A stretch of 64,000 bases of DNA, from positions 2,666,001-2,730,000 of the forward strand of contig OX597831.1 of assembly GCA_951406725.2 (NCBI GenBank), read 5' to 3'. Below the pieces are notes generated by a model. That model was not told where the DNA came from and searched no databases. It worked only from the letters and a program-made list of their open reading frames with translations. Every line of letters begins with the position of its first letter. Position 1 is the first letter of the stretch. The position numbers were made by a program, and so were the translations under genes. Shown in pieces: positions 40,501 to 57,002 of the stretch. Source of the DNA: Octopus vulgaris. Its lineage: Eukaryota.

Positions 40501-41109
40501 TTCCTTTCAATCTCCTCCTCCTCCTCCTCTCATTTCCCTTTCCTCTTTGAATATCCCTATCTGCACCCAATAGCCAGCATCTTTAACTGTTTGTTCTGAG
40601 AATCCTGTGGAAACCAGGCTGCAGGATCAAGCCGTACCAGATGACCTCTATTACAGTTCCCCACCACCACCACCATCATCGATATATACGTCAGCATCCA
40701 GATACACTTGTCTTTTAACCAGGCTACGCAATAACCTTTATCTAGAGACTTGCTTCCTAATCTAATCTGATCATTCTACTTCGTTAATCTCGCTGTGTTA
40801 TTCCATCCTAACTGCACTTCCAGATTCTCAAGATAAGCTATCCATCCGCATCTTCTACTTACTGACCACAACTATAATTGATAAATCTTCTGGTCCATCC
40901 ATTGAATTTCGGCCATTCATATGGATGAAAATAAATTCTATAAATTTTGTATCTAATTCTTTTAATGTTCTAATCATCCCTGTTGCTCCTTAATTTGTAA
41001 AAGAACTAAAGAGGGAGTTTCCGTGTGGCTGTTTGACTTCTTAGAAATAGCAGCCAGATCATTTCCCAGTTGCAAACAGCTACTTTTGAAGGGAAAGGAC
41101 GCATTAAAT

Positions 41110-41496
41110 GGATGGAAGCACTCCGTCGGTTACGACGACGAGGGTTCCGGTTGATCCGATCAACGGAACAGCCTGCTCGTGAAATTAACGTGCAAGTGAC
41201 TGAGCACTCCACAGACACGTGTACCCTTAACGTAGTTCTCGGGGATATTCAGCGTGACACAGAGAGTGACAAGGCCGGCCCTTTGAAATACAGGTACAAC
41301 AGAAACAGGAAGTAAGAGTGAGAGAAAGTTGTGGTGAAAGAGTACAGCAGAGATCACCACCATCCCCTGCCAGAGCCTCGTAGAGCTTTAGGTGTTTTCA
41401 CTCAATAAACACTCACAACGCCCGGTCTGGGAATCGAAACCGCGATCCTACGACCGCGAGTCTGCTGCCCTAACCACTGGGCCATTGCGCCTCCAC
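41110..41496 (-). mobile_element. SINE family B, antisense
   Basis: Reverse complement of 5516-5897; attaaat at both flanks. Confidence 0.92.
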
Positions 41497-42160
41497 ATTA
41501 AATAATGTGATGCTGGATGTACTGCAGCAGCAGCGGCAGTGGTAGCAGCAACAGCCGTCCAGCCGTCCAAGAATTCGGACCTGGAGATCTCCATTTCCAG
41601 CGACTTCGAGGGCCACCACCTCCCAGTGGTGTCGGGTGTCAACGAAGAGCCCTCAACTACAACAAGATGACCAAAGTTTGTTTTTTTCCCCAAGGTCTGG
41701 GGTCTCCCGCCCCTAAGCCCTAGACCATCACCTAATCACCCTTACCCGTCTTGTTGCTTAACAACAGCAACAACAACAGCAGCAGTGGCAGCAGCAGGAA
41801 TAACAGCAGTGGTAGTGGCAATAGTAGAGATAAAGACAGTAGTGGCGGCAGCTGAATAAACAATGGATATTACTGAGAAGAACTCCTTTGATCCATAGGT
41901 CTGTTCAATCATGCACGGCCTTGGGCTAAACATCAACAACAGCAGCAACAACAACTAATTCATCCTCATCACTTCTCCAAGAAACATTGCCATGTTCAAA
42001 CAATCCAAAATGTCCTCCTGCCTCACTGATTCTGTAGAACTTATATGGTTTACTGAAGGCGCAGTTAGCCAACAATGACCAACGTTTCTTCTTGAAAGAA
42101 GGTTTTAATATACACAGGGCTTCGAGGAAGTCTCCAAAATATTCATGACTTATTAAATCA

Positions 42161-43160
42161 GTGCTACTGCTGCCATTGCTGCTGCTGCTGCTGCTGCCAT
42201 GGTCACCGCTTCCACAATTGTCACCGCTGGCTCCATTGCCACCGGTCCCACCATTGCTGCTGCCACCACAGCCGCTGCCACTTCCGCCTGTGCCACCACT
42301 GACCCCGCTTCTGCTGCTAATGTTGCTCCTGGTGCTCCTGCTGCTGCTGCTACCACTGTTGTCTGTGCCTCTGCTGCCACCACGTCTGTTGCTTCCGCCA
42401 CTGCTGCTGTTGTCGCCACTTTTGCTGCTGCTGCCACTGCTGTCTTTATCTCTACTATAGCCACTACCACTGCTGTTACTCCTGCTGCTTTTGCTACTCC
42501 TGCCACTGCCACTACTTCTACCACTGCTGCCACTGTCACTGCTGCCACAACCACTGCTGCTGCCACTGCTGCCACTGCTGCCACTGCCACTGCTGCTGCT
42601 GCCACTGCCACTACTGCTGCCGCTGCTGCTGCCACTGCTGCCACTGCCACTACTGCTGCCGCTGCTGCTGCCACTGCTGCCACTGCCACTGCTGCTGCTG
42701 CCACTGCCACTACTGCTGCCGCTGCTGCTGCCACTGCTGCCACTGCTGCCACTGCTGCCACTGCTGCCACTGCCACTACTGCTGCTGCCACTGCCACTAC
42801 TTCTGCCACTGCTGCCACTGCCACTGCTGCTGCCACTGCCACTGCTGCCACTGCCACTGCTGCTGCTGCCACTGTTGCTGCTGCCACTGCCGCTGCTGCT
42901 GCTGCTACTGCCACTGCTGCTGCTGCCACTACTGCTGCTGCTGCTGCCACTACTGCTGCTGCTGCTACAGCCACTACTGCCGCTGCTACTGCTGTCTTTA
43001 TCTCTACTATAACCACTACCACTGCTGTTACTCCTGCTGCTGTCACTACTCCCACTGCTGCCGCTGCCTCTGCCACTGCTGCCACTGCTGTCGCTGCTGC
43101 TGCCGCTACTGCTGCCACTACTGCTGCTGCTGCTGCTATTGCCACTGCTGTCACCACTGA
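42161..43160. repeat. 1-kb in-phase GCT/GCC/ACT trinucleotide mosaic
   Basis: Repeats of gccactgct; long stop-free frames on both strands. Confidence 0.9.
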
Positions 43161-45072
43161 TATCGATGCTTATTCTACTGAGTCTTACATGTGGTATGTT
43201 GTGATGGTACCACATAAACAGCACCCAGTACACTCTGCAACATGGTTGGCATTAGGAAAGGCATCCAGCCAAAACAGACAAAGGAACCTGGTGCAGCCCC
43301 TGGCCTTACCAGTTCCTGTTAAGCCATCCAACCCATGCCTGCATGGAAAACAGATGTCAAATGTTGATGATGACGATGATGATGATGTAGGTGTTTCAGA
43401 TTATTGAAAAATATGTGTCTTGGTTGCGGATGTGTTTCAGTGCCAGTGATTGGATTAGAACTGTTGTTCTCTTGGTTAAGCTGTCTGCTATTTCCATCAT
43501 TTCACTCTTTGCCATTATACAAATTAATAATGTGAAGAAGATGGAAAATGCGAAAAAATAATGGCCAATATTTTGTGTTTCTGAGATATTCTTTAAACCG
43601 CCTACATTATATACATTTTTTCCCCCCATTGTGTTTCAAGACTTGGCAAAGAATTGATTCTATTTGTAAATATCAGTAGATGCGTTATAGAAAGAAGATT
43701 TTATAATATAAAGTTTAACTACAACTATTTCACTTAACCATAAGAATAAAGCTAGTATTTATTTCAATGAAATCTCTTTTAAAATCAATAAAAAGTGAAA
43801 TCCAAACAAAAGGCAAACTAAAAGAAGCAAGAAATAAAAGATATAAAAAGAAAACGAAGGAAAAATGAAACATTTTCAAGTATTTCCAATATGGCTTGCT
43901 TTTTCTTTGCATGCAGCTCCAAAAATATACATTTCACATTATATTCTAAAGAATAGTAACAAACTTTCAGTTTACATTTACAGACATGCTCTTTTTAAAT
44001 TTTCCCCCTAATGCAATCATTTTTATTGAAAAGAATCAACTGTCTGTGTTCTTTAGAAATAGCCATTTTAAAGATATATGACTGCAGAAGTTTAGGTTTG
44101 TCATTTTTATCAAAGCCAAAAAGACAATAAATGTTGAAGGAATGTGTCTTGGCTTTTAAAACATCTTTCTATCTATCTCAGAGACCTGAATGGGATAGAT
44201 TTTCTTTCGGAAAATGGGTCTATTTACCAAAAATTTAACCATAAATTCACATTTCAGTTATGCATAATATACATACATACATACATACAGACATACATGC
44301 ATACATATGTACGTATGTATATACATATGCATGTGTGTGTATATACACACACATGTATGTACATATACATGTCTGTACATATACATATACATGTCTATAT
44401 GCATATACATATTTATGTTTGTGTATGTAATGTAAGTGTATGTAATATATATATATGTATATATATTTGTATATCTGTGTGCTTGTGTGTATGTATGTAT
44501 GTATGTATGTTTGTATGTGCATATATTTCCTTTTTCTCTCTTCTTTCCTATTAACGATCAACAAAATCAACAAAATTGGAAAAAAAAAAAAAAAAGGAAT
44601 TGATAGAGAAATTGAAGAAAACACATAAACAGAAACAAAGACAAAAAAAAACACAAAACAAAACAACAAACCAAAAACAAAAACAAAAAGAACAAACAAA
44701 GCAATGTGCAGACTTTTCCCCCAATAATTTATGGTTAGAATTATTTGTAATGTGGCTGTCATTCATGAAACAGAAATTACAACACCCTGTATGAGAATAT
44801 AGTGTGTCTTTAACATCGTTTATTGACCGGAGAAGTGATTCAGACATTATGGTCCTCACTTTACTCTGTTCAGCTTTGCTTCTGCAAAAATAAGAATGGT
44901 TACTTGTTGTTCATTATGTTTTAGTCTTGTGTGTGTCTGAGACTAAGTGCGCGCGTGTGTGTGTGTGTGTAAGTGTGTGTGTGTGTGAGAGACTGTGAAT
45001 TTGTATACTATTTATAAATGCATGCACACACATACTCATGCATATACCCACACACATATAAATGTATATATG

Positions 45073-45154
<82 letters not shown>

Positions 45155-45197
45155 GAATTATAATTCCATACATGCCTTCCTGTATATATATATATAT

Positions 45198-45229
<32 letters not shown>

Positions 45230-45425
45230 CATACGTATATATACAAATATATATGTATGTATGTTTGTATGTATATATGCGTATATGTATATGTGTTTGT
45301 GCGTGTAGTATTGGTAGATTTATATATTCATATGCATGTACCTAGGTACCTGTGTTTATACAAACATGCACACACACATGCATACCACACATGCATATAT
45401 GTGTGTGTATATATATATATATATT

Positions 45426-45463
<38 letters not shown>

Positions 45464-45660
45464 GTATATGTATGCATATATATATATATGTATATATATA
45501 TTTATATATGCATACATATACATACATACATATGTATGCATATATATATATATATATGCATACATATATATATATATGCATACATATACGTATATATATA
45601 TATATATTATACATATATATATATATATTTATATATATATATATATACGTATATGTATGC

Positions 45661-45693
<33 letters not shown>

Positions 45694-46144
45694 TGCATAC
45701 ATATGTATGTATGTATATGTATGCATATATAAATATATATATATATACATACATATATCTACATGTATATATGTGAATGTATATATACATGTATGTATGG
45801 GTGCATATGCATATATACATATATGCTGCATGCACATACATATATATGCATACATGAAGGCAAATATGTATTCAATACACACATATACATATATGTGTGC
45901 GTGTGTGTTGTGTGTTCCCTTATGTGTGTGTGTGTATGTGTGTGTTGTATGCGTGTCTATGTATTTATGTAACTGTGGTCTGTTCAGTTTTGTACTTAAG
46001 AATTTACTTTGTTTAGAATGTTGTAGAAGAGATTCCGTTGCTGATGGTGGTGGCGATGACGACGACGACCATGTTGATGCTGATGATAACAATGACAGCA
46101 CCGTCAACAGTAGCAGCAGCAGTGGGAGTGATTGTGGCTACGGT

Positions 46145-46198
46145 TGCGATGATGATGATGATGAAAGATGATGATGATGGTGATGATGTAGATGATGA

Positions 46199-46232
<34 letters not shown>

Positions 46233-46325
46233 GGTGATGATGATGATGATGATGATGATGGTGGTGATGGTGGTGGTGGTGATGATGATGGTGGTGGTGG
46301 TGGTGGTGATGATGATGATGATAAA

Positions 46326-46358
<33 letters not shown>

Positions 46359-46512
46359 GATGATGATGATGATGATGATGTGGATGATGATGATGATGAT
46401 GATGATGATGGTGATGGTGGTGGTGGTGGTGGTGGTGGTGGTGATGATGATGATAAAGATGATGATGATGATGGTGGTGGTGGTGGTGGTGATGATGATG
46501 ATGATGATGATG

Positions 46513-46562
<50 letters not shown>

Positions 46563-46680
46563 GGTGGTGGTGGTGATGATGATGATGATGGTGATGGTGA
46601 TGGTGATGATGAAGATGGTGATGATGATGATGATGATGGTGATGGTGATGGTGATGATGATGTGGATGATGAGGCTGATG
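46145..46680. repeat. (GAT)n/(GGT)n compound microsatellite with higher-order blocks
   Basis: Recurrent gataaagat and gatgtggat markers; related tracts at ~46900-47250 and ~48440-48715. Confidence 0.9.
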
Positions 46681-47755
46681 TTATTAATAGTGATTATATT
46701 AGTGACAGTGGTGTGGTGTCGGTGGAGGTTGTGGCAGTGTTGTGATACTGTTGCTGATGATGATGGTGGTGGTGGTGCTGACGGTGCCGGCGATTGTTAA
46801 TGGAAGAAGCATTAATGGTAATTTTTTTTTTAGAAAGTTTATATTATTGGTGTGGTTTGGTCGGCGGAGGTGGGGGGAGGGGATGTTCCCATAGCTTACA
46901 CTGCTGATGATGATGATGATGACGGCGACGACGATGACAATGATGATGATGATGATGCTGCTGATGATGATGATGAGGAGGAGGAGGATGGCAATGACTA
47001 CAATGATGCTGATGACGACGATGGTGGTGATGGTGGTGGTGGTGATGATGGTAGCGGTGGTGGTTCTAGTTGTGGTGGCGGCAGTGGTGGTGGCAACGGG
47101 GTGGGGGGTGATGATGTTAATGATGGTTGTGGTTGTGGTGATGATGGTTGTGCTGCTGCTGCTGCTGATGATGGTGTTAATGATGGTAGTGGATGTGGTG
47201 GTGGCAGTGATGGCGGTGGTGGTGGTGGTGGTGGTGGTGGTGGTGGTGGCAGAGATGTTTACCAATACACAATAAATTTGGTTATATTTAAAGTTGACAA
47301 GCAATTTATCTTCATTGTATTTTAAATAGACAGGTGTGGGGCGAGTGGGAGGGGCTGGGGGAAGCTAGGAAGAGAAAATGAAGTGGCAGACAGGACACGG
47401 CGGTGGGGTGGGCGTGGTGGCGGTGGTGGTGGTGGTGGTGGTGGTGGTAGTGGAAGCGATGAGGGGATGTGGGGGAAGAAGAAGAAGAAAAAGAAATAAA
47501 AGAAGACAGTGATGATGATAATGGTGATGATGAGGATGATGATTAAGAAGAAAAAGAAGAGGAGACGAAGAAAAAGAAAAGGGAGAGGAGGAGGAGGAGC
47601 AGACGAAGATTAAGAAGAATGAGAGAAGGAGGAGGAGGAAGAGGAGGAAGAAGAAGAAGAAGAAGAAGAAGAAGAAGAAGAAGAAGAAGAAGAAGAAGAA
47701 GAAGAAGAAGAAGAAGAAGAAGAAGAAGAAGAAGAAGAAGAAGAAGAAGAAGAAG

Positions 47756-47787
<32 letters not shown>

Positions 47788-47839
47788 GAAGAAGAAGAAA
47801 CAACAGTAACAAGTACTGCAGTGGTTAGATGAGAGACTG

Positions 47840-47873
<34 letters not shown>

Positions 47874-48573
47874 GGAGTGTGAAAGAGAGAAAGACAGAGA
47901 ATAATAAGATAGAAAGCAAAATTTGGAAAAAAAGGAAAAAAAAGACCAAAGCTCTAAAAGCGGACAGGTCTGCTGCTGCTGCTGCTGCTGCTGCTGCTTA
48001 CATATTTCTCACGTCTTCTCTTTAATCCCAACAGAATACAGCCACAAGTTTCCTCCCTTTGACTAACCACAACTAATTTACCTCCTCACAATGGATCCAG
48101 AACTTTCACTTTACTCAATAATTTTCCTTCGGTTTTTTTCTTTTGTTTTTTTAAAGATTTTTATTCTTTTATTCTAAGCGTTTAACTAAACGTTGTTGTT
48201 GAGAAAAAAGGAAGAGAAAATAAGCAATGACGAAATTTTGCCCATTTTATATTAAAAAAAAAAGAAAACGAAAAGAAATTGTCAAAAGCTAAGGTTGTTA
48301 CTGATAAAAAAAAGATATTCAATGGCAGTGAAGGTAAAGCCACAATGGTGGAGGTGGTGGAGGAGCAGGTGGTGGGGGTGGGGGTGATAGGGGGGATGGT
48401 GATATCGTAGAGGAGGAGGACGTGGAGGAGAATAAAGGTGGTGGTAGTGGCGATGGTGATGGTGATGATGATGATGAGGAGGAAGGGAATGATGATGACA
48501 TTGATGATGATGATGACATTGATGGTGATGATGATGATGATGATGATGATGACAATGATGATGATGATGACAT

Positions 48574-48606
<33 letters not shown>

Positions 48607-48682
48607 CATTGATGATGATGATGATGATGACATTGATGATGATGATGATGATGATTGATGATGATGATGATGACATTGATGG

Positions 48683-48713
<31 letters not shown>

Positions 48714-51389
48714 AAAGTTTATGAACCTAGTGCAGATTATCTGTTTTCTTTGTTTTTGCTGAATAATTTATATTTGTTCTTTCTATCTCAATTGTTTCCT
48801 CCAGGTGGGGGGGGGGTCGCATGGCTTAGTGGTTAGGTGTGTTGGACTCCTGATCATAAGATTCCTAGACCAAGTGATGCATTGCGATCTTGAGCAAGAC
48901 ACTTCATGCCACGTTACTCCAGTTCCACTTACCTGGCAAAAGGTGAGTATTCCTGCGATGGACTGGCATCTTGTCCAGCGGGAGCATATACGCTAGAGGA
49001 TCCAGGAAACCAGCTTTATGAGTTTATATGACTCAGGAAGGAGTTTTAACCTTTTTTATTGATAGAAAGTATCATGAGACAGCAATCTGTACACCATACT
49101 TAATGTAGATATTCTATTAAAAGTGCAAAACTGCAGTGTTCATCTAGAGAAAGCTTATCATAGAGATACAGTATTAAAAAGCACAGAAGTATATCAGTAG
49201 TAGAGGAAAAGTATCCAGCAGTAGTAATAGACTTTCTTATATTCGTTTACTTGTTTCAGTCATTTGATTGCGGCCATACTGGAGGATGCTATTTTAGTCA
49301 AACAAATCAACCCCAGGATTTATTCTTTGTAAGCCTAGTACATATTCCATCAGCCTCTTTTGCTGAACTGCTAAATTACAAGGATGTAAACACACCAACA
49401 TCAGTTGTCAAGTGAAGATGGGGGAACAAACACAGACACACAAATATATACAGACATATATATGACAGGCTTCTTTCAGTTTCCGTCTACCACATCCACT
49501 AATAAGGCTCTGGTTGGCCCGAGGCTACAGTAGAAGACACTTGCCCAAGGTGCCATGCAGTGGGACTGAACCCAGAACCATGTGATTGGCAAGCAAGCTT
49601 CTTACCATACAGCCATGCCGTTACCTTGCTAAATCAGGATTTCTGCGTTTTTGCACATCATCAGTAACAAGTATTCACTATCAGCCAGCCACACGTTTAG
49701 ACTAATTTAGTCTCTACTGATATGGAAAAACAGTGATTAACAAATCACTGATGTCACAACTAGTGGACAGACTGGATAAAAATTTGCTATTAATGCTAGA
49801 AGCAGTTCTAAGATGACAAACTGGCAGCATTGGAACCACGCCAGGCAAAATGCTTAGTGGCATTTCGTCGACTTTACCTTTCATCTTTTCAAGGTTGATA
49901 GAATTAGTACCACTTGAGTACTGGGGGTCTAGGTAATCGGCTTACCCCTCTCCCAAAGTTGTTAGCCTTGTACCGAACTTAGAAACCTACATTAGAAGCA
50001 GTACTGGGTTAGAACAGCATTCTGTAGTATATACAAAATGTTATTCTGAACCAATACTGCTTCTTTTACTAATAATGATTTCAAATTTTGGCACAAGGCC
50101 AGCAATTTTGAGGATGGGGTAAGTCAATTACACCAACCCCAGTGCTTGACTGGTATTTATCTTATCGACCCTGAAAGGACGAAGGGCAAAGTTGACCCCG
50201 ACAGAATTTGAATTTTCATAATGAGATATTGAACTCCTGATACTCTTAGTGATTTTTGGATGCTTTATTCAAGAGAAGAAAACCCTAGGAATGCTTTTCT
50301 GTTACTGTTATGGGCTAAACAGAAAACCTTATATAAGCTTTTCCATTTAGCTCAATAAACTAATGAGACTTTCACTAATTAGCATTTCCACTACTTACAG
50401 AGGTAAGTTGTATCTCTATTACAGAACTAGTGTACTAGCTTCTTTTCCTTTTTCCTGTCAAGCTACTTACCTGGATTAGTGTAACTCTTTCATGTCAGCT
50501 GTCTCCACACTGAGTGATGTGCTTTGGCTTTTAGTCACACTATATATATATAAATATATATATATTGCTGGTGCTACATAAAAATGCACATGCAAGCGCC
50601 ACATTAAAAGCACCCAGCACACATTGCGAAGTGGTTGGCATTAGGAAAGGCATCCAGGCCAGAGAAGCAAAGCCAAATCAAACTGGAACCTGCCAACCCA
50701 TGCCAGCATGAAAAGCAGATGTTAAAGGACGATGATGATAACGACAATGATGACGACGACGATGATGATGGTAATGTTCTTTTTTGTAACACTCTTCAGT
50801 TTTCTCCGATATATTTTACTTGAACAAATGGCAGTGCCCCAGCATGGCCACAGCTTGTGAGCTGAAACTAAATAAAATAAAAAATAAAAAGAAACCAAAA
50901 AGAAACTAAATTCTTTCAAACAGCCTCTAAACACCATATCTTTTATCTTTTACTTGTTTCAGTCATTAGACTCTGGCCATGCTGGGGTACCACCTTGAAG
51001 ATTTCTTTTTTCGTCAAAATAAATTGACCCCAGTTCTTATTTTTTTAAAGCCTGGTACTTATTCTATTGGTCTCTTTTGCCAAACTGCTAAGTTATGGGG
51101 ATGTAAATACACCATCAACCAGTTGCCAAGCAGTGGCGGAGACAAATGTACACACACACACACACACACACAATAGACTTCTCTCAGTTTTCATCTACCA
51201 AATCCACTCACAAGGATTTGATTGGCCCGAGGCTATACTAGAAAACACTCGCCCAATTTTCCCACACAGTAGGACTGAACCCGCAACCATGTGGTTGGGA
51301 AGCAAGCTTCTTACCACACAGCCACAATATATCTATAAATTCTATAAATTCCTTCACACATTTTTTACATTCAAAACTCTTTTTATTTC

Positions 51390-52400
<1,011 letters not shown>

Positions 52401-52576
52401 CACGTTTGGTCCTTGATCTAGCTTTATTTCTCTGAGAGAGCTGCCATAACAATTTGTATGAGTTTCTTGAAATGAACTCTCTCACATATATACAGTATGC
52501 ATATTCATGCTCACATTCTTATATACACGTATACTCATACAAACATACACACATATATACACATATACATTTATAT

Positions 52577-52640
<64 letters not shown>

Positions 52641-52645
52641 AAAAA

Positions 52646-52885
<240 letters not shown>

Positions 52886-52887
52886 CG

Positions 52888-52927
<40 letters not shown>

Positions 52928-53311
52928 CGTATATATATATGTGTATGTATAATGGGAAGTATATGTATGTATATACATGTAACATATATATATTCATATA
53001 TGTATACATATACATATGTGTGTGTGTGTGTGTGTACATGCATGCATTCTGTATGTGTGAATGTGTGTGTATTTTAGCTTCGTAAATATTTACCACAATA
53101 ATTTGAATGGCCCAAACAAACTCCATCAAACAGCATTCTGTTCTCCACATCAGTAGCGTCACAAGTGGTGGAAGGGGGGTGAGGAAAGAAAGGTATGGGT
53201 GTGTGGGTTGGCACCAGGTGACACTATCAGTAGACCAAGTCGGTGGTGGTGGTGATGGTGGTACCGGGGGGGTGGTGGTGACATCAGAAGGCGGTTTCAC
53301 ACAAAAAGCAG

Positions 53312-53569
<258 letters not shown>

Positions 53570-53862
53570 ACATAATCCATTAATGCATCTCGTGTAACAA
53601 CAAAATTTAACATAAAATCAACATACTTTTATGTGTTTATTTTCACTGATTTTGGAATTTTATTTTGTTTATTTATCTTTTTTTTTTTGTTTTTAACTGA
53701 CTGCTCAGTTTAACTATATAAAAGTATGGAAATGCAAATACATTAAGGTTATGTGTATGATATTGTAATTTAAATAAGTTAAACTAATTCTGTTACATGT
53801 TTATGCTAATGTTCTTCTTAATACATACAACCAGATACAAGAATTATGATTTACGACTAATA

Positions 53863-54625
53863 TTGGTTTCAGATTTTGGCAAAAGGCCAGTAATTTCAAG
53901 GAAGGGTATAAGTTGATTATACCAGTGTGTAACTGGTACTTATTTTATCAGCCCCGAAAGGATGAAAAGCAAAGTCGACTTTGGCAGAATTTGAACTCAG
54001 AATGTAAAGACATGGGAAATACTGCTAAGCATTTTATCTGGTGTGCTAATGATTCTGCCAACTCGTCGTCTTGTTTATGACTAATATTGATTTCAAATTT
54101 TTTGACACAAAGCCAGTAATTTCAGGGGAAAGAGTAATTCAATTACATCAACCCCAGTACTCAACTGGTACTTATTTTATTGACCACCACCCAAAAGGAT
54201 GTAAGGCAAAGTTGACGTCAGCAGAATTTGAACTCAGAATGTAAAAACGGAGGGAATGCCACTAAGCACTTTACTCAGTGCAGTAATGATTCTGCCTGCT
54301 CATTGCCTTGAAGGTTGGTCATGACTAGATTTTAACTCAGACTGTAAACAGCTGAATCAAATAGCACAAAGCATTTTCTCTGATACTCAAATAATTCTGC
54401 CAAAATATTGCCCTCATTATTCTTTTCTACTCTAGGCACAAGACCTAAAAATTTTGGGGAAGGGGCCAGTTGATTAGATCGACCCCAGTATGCAACTGGT
54501 ACTTAATTTATCGACCCCGAAAGGATGAAATGCAAAGTCGACCTCAGTGGAATTTGAACTCAGAATGTGAAGGCAGACGAAATACCACTAAGCATTTTGC
54601 TTGGCGTGCTAACATTTCTGCCATT
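53863..54625 (-). mobile_element. Cluster of three near-full SINE family C copies in the same orientation
   Basis: Repeated actggtactta.ttta..gaaaggatg..gcaaagt.gac..gaatttgaactcagaatgt. Confidence 0.85.
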
Positions 54626-54719
54626 TTATGACTAATAGTATTGCAAAAGAAAAGGTGGAGAGCTGCTAAAATTGTTTAGCATGCCAGGCAAAATGCTTGA
54701 TAGCATTTTCGTCCATGAT

Positions 54720-55982
54720 TATGATGTGAAAATGCATTTCTTTTCATACAACATTATGATGTATTGTTGAACAGTAAATGGCATTGGAAAGCACGAAGGT
54801 TAAAGTTGTAGTTGAGAAAAAGCTAACAGACATGGAGGATTGGAAGCCATCTGAATATTGGAAAAGAGTAACCTGTATCAAGATGATTTGTGCTGGGTAT
54901 CAAAATGCTGACACCATGACTGCTGCTTGATGCTCTGTGGGCCCTATAAAGGCTATAAGACATGACATGGAGAGCTGCAATGGAGACTACAAAGCTGTGG
55001 CCATCAGGAAGGGACACAGCCGGCATTCTGACGGTATCCGCAGGCTGGAATCCATCCAACAACTGCAGAGTAAGGTGATGAAAGATTCAAGCAAGGGAAT
55101 CCAGGCTTTGGTAAGAGAAATGGGTACTGGAGTCACCACCATAGGACTGGTCCTGGATGAGGACCTTCACTTGTGCAAGAGGCATAAGAAACAAATTCTG
55201 ACAACCAAGGCTAAGAAGAACCACTTGAAGCTTCTGAATAAGTTGGAACATCCTGTTAAGTCAGGGACGATCTAGTTCTTCTCAGATGAAAAAGACTTCT
55301 GTTAGGACCAGTTGCACAACACCCAGAACAACAAGTGGCTTGTCTATAATCCATGTTATGTTGCACTTATCATGAAAACCAAGTTCCCCCAATCTTTGAT
55401 GGTCTTTGGGTGTGTCTCAAGTGAGGGTAGCATCATGCAGCCCCACATTTTTGAATGGGGCCCTAGACTCAATTCAGCTATGTGAGGCTGCTGAAGATTG
55501 TGGTCAATCTCTGGCTGGAGAGGGTTGCTGCTGGAAGGCCATATGTGTGGCAGCAGGATTCAGCTCCTTGCCATACCTCTGGAATGAATCAGAAGTGGTT
55601 GCCAGGCAATTTCTATAACTCCACTAGCACCAATTTCTGGATCCCTAATTCTCCTGACTGTAATTTCATGGATTACTATGCATGGGGCATGGCTAAGAAA
55701 GACACCAACCACTCTGCCTGCAACACCAAGGCTGAGCTGGTGACTGAAATCAAGGAGGTGTTTGAAGATCTTCTCATGGAGGAAGACACTGCACCAGATT
55801 CTGGAGCTGTCTTGCAGCCAAGGTGGAAATGAGGGTGGCTACTTGGAGTAAACTTTTATCTCCCAGCCATAATCTAGTTGATATTTCTTGATTTTTTTTT
55901 TTTAAATATTTTTTTTCTTGGATGGCATTTTGTATTTTCTTTCCCTTTTCTGTAACCTGTTAAATTTAGCCTGAACACCATG
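54720..55982 (+). mobile_element. DD37D (maT) Tc1/mariner-superfamily transposon relic
   Basis: FSDEK, MVFGCVS and QQDSAP..NSPDCNFMDY motifs with 37 residues between the 2nd and 3rd Asp; putative right end ...ctgaacaccatg-ta; left TIR not seen. Confidence 0.85.
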
Positions 55983-56960
55983 TATGTTTTCATATCATTT
56001 GTGTCCCTCCCAATGTCCCTGAAATGAAACTGAAAACCAATGTTCAAGCAAAGTTGAATTCAAACTATAATAAAACAAAATAAACAAACTTGACAGCTGG
56101 GGTTGATTTGTTTGACTGAACCAATCAAGGCAGTGCCCCAGCAAGGCCGTAATCTGATGACTGAAGCAAGTATAACATAAAAGATCAACCAGGCATGGCT
56201 GCATGGTAAGAAGCTTGCTTCCCAACCACATGGTTTTGGGTTCAGTCCCACTGCATGACACACTGGGCAAGTGTCTTCTACTTTAGCCTTGGACAGACCA
56301 AAACCTTGTGAGAGGATTTGGTAGGCAGAAACTGAAAGAGGGCTGTCGTGTGTGCATATCGTGTGTGTATATGTATATATTTATGTGTATGCATCTTTAT
56401 GTCTGTGTTTGTCCCCTCATCACCACTTGACAACCGGTGTTGGTGTGTTTACATCCCCGTAACTTTGTGGTTTGGCAAAAGATACCTGATAGAATAAGTA
56501 CTAGGTTTACAAAGAATAAGTCCTGGGGCTGATTTCTTCAACTAAAAAAAACCCTTCAAGGTGGTGCTCCAGCATGGCCACAGTCAAATGACTGAAACAA
56601 GTGAAAGAATAAAATAAAGAAGAGAACAGCATTGAAGATGTGGTTAATTGGTGATGCAAACTTGTGCTTTGCAAGATTTATTTCAATCAATAACAGGTTA
56701 AGAAACTAATAAAGTAGGTATTATTTAGATGTTGATTAGCGTGGAAAATTAAGAACGCGAAAAATAATTAAATTTTAATCTTTGTTACTTCTTGTTCTTT
56801 TTCTGATACATGATTATTTTTTTCTAATTAATATGGTTTGTTTGTTTTGTTTTCATATTTGTTTTACTTATTGTTTCTTTTTTTTTTCTCATCATTTGTA
56901 ACATTGCTGTGTTATTGCTTGTAGAACTAGAACTATGCTAAGGATTCACTGTCTCTATAA

Positions 56961-57002
56961 CATACTGACAACTGTTTCAGAATATATCATTCATCAGTGC
57001 GT
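56961..57002 (-). ncRNA. Degenerate hammerhead motif
   Basis: Minus strand: acgca CTGATGA atgatatattct GAAA c-agtt-g TC agtatg; core intact but stems I and II mismatched. Confidence 0.45.

Noticed and set aside
44775-44815. accctgta resembling the miR-10 seed region
   Set aside because: The remainder does not match miR-10 and there is no clear precursor hairpin
46038-47325. Asp/Gly-rich ORFs resembling acidic biomineralisation proteins
   Set aside because: Pure GAT/GGT codon microsatellite with almost no synonymous variation, no signal peptide and no splice evidence
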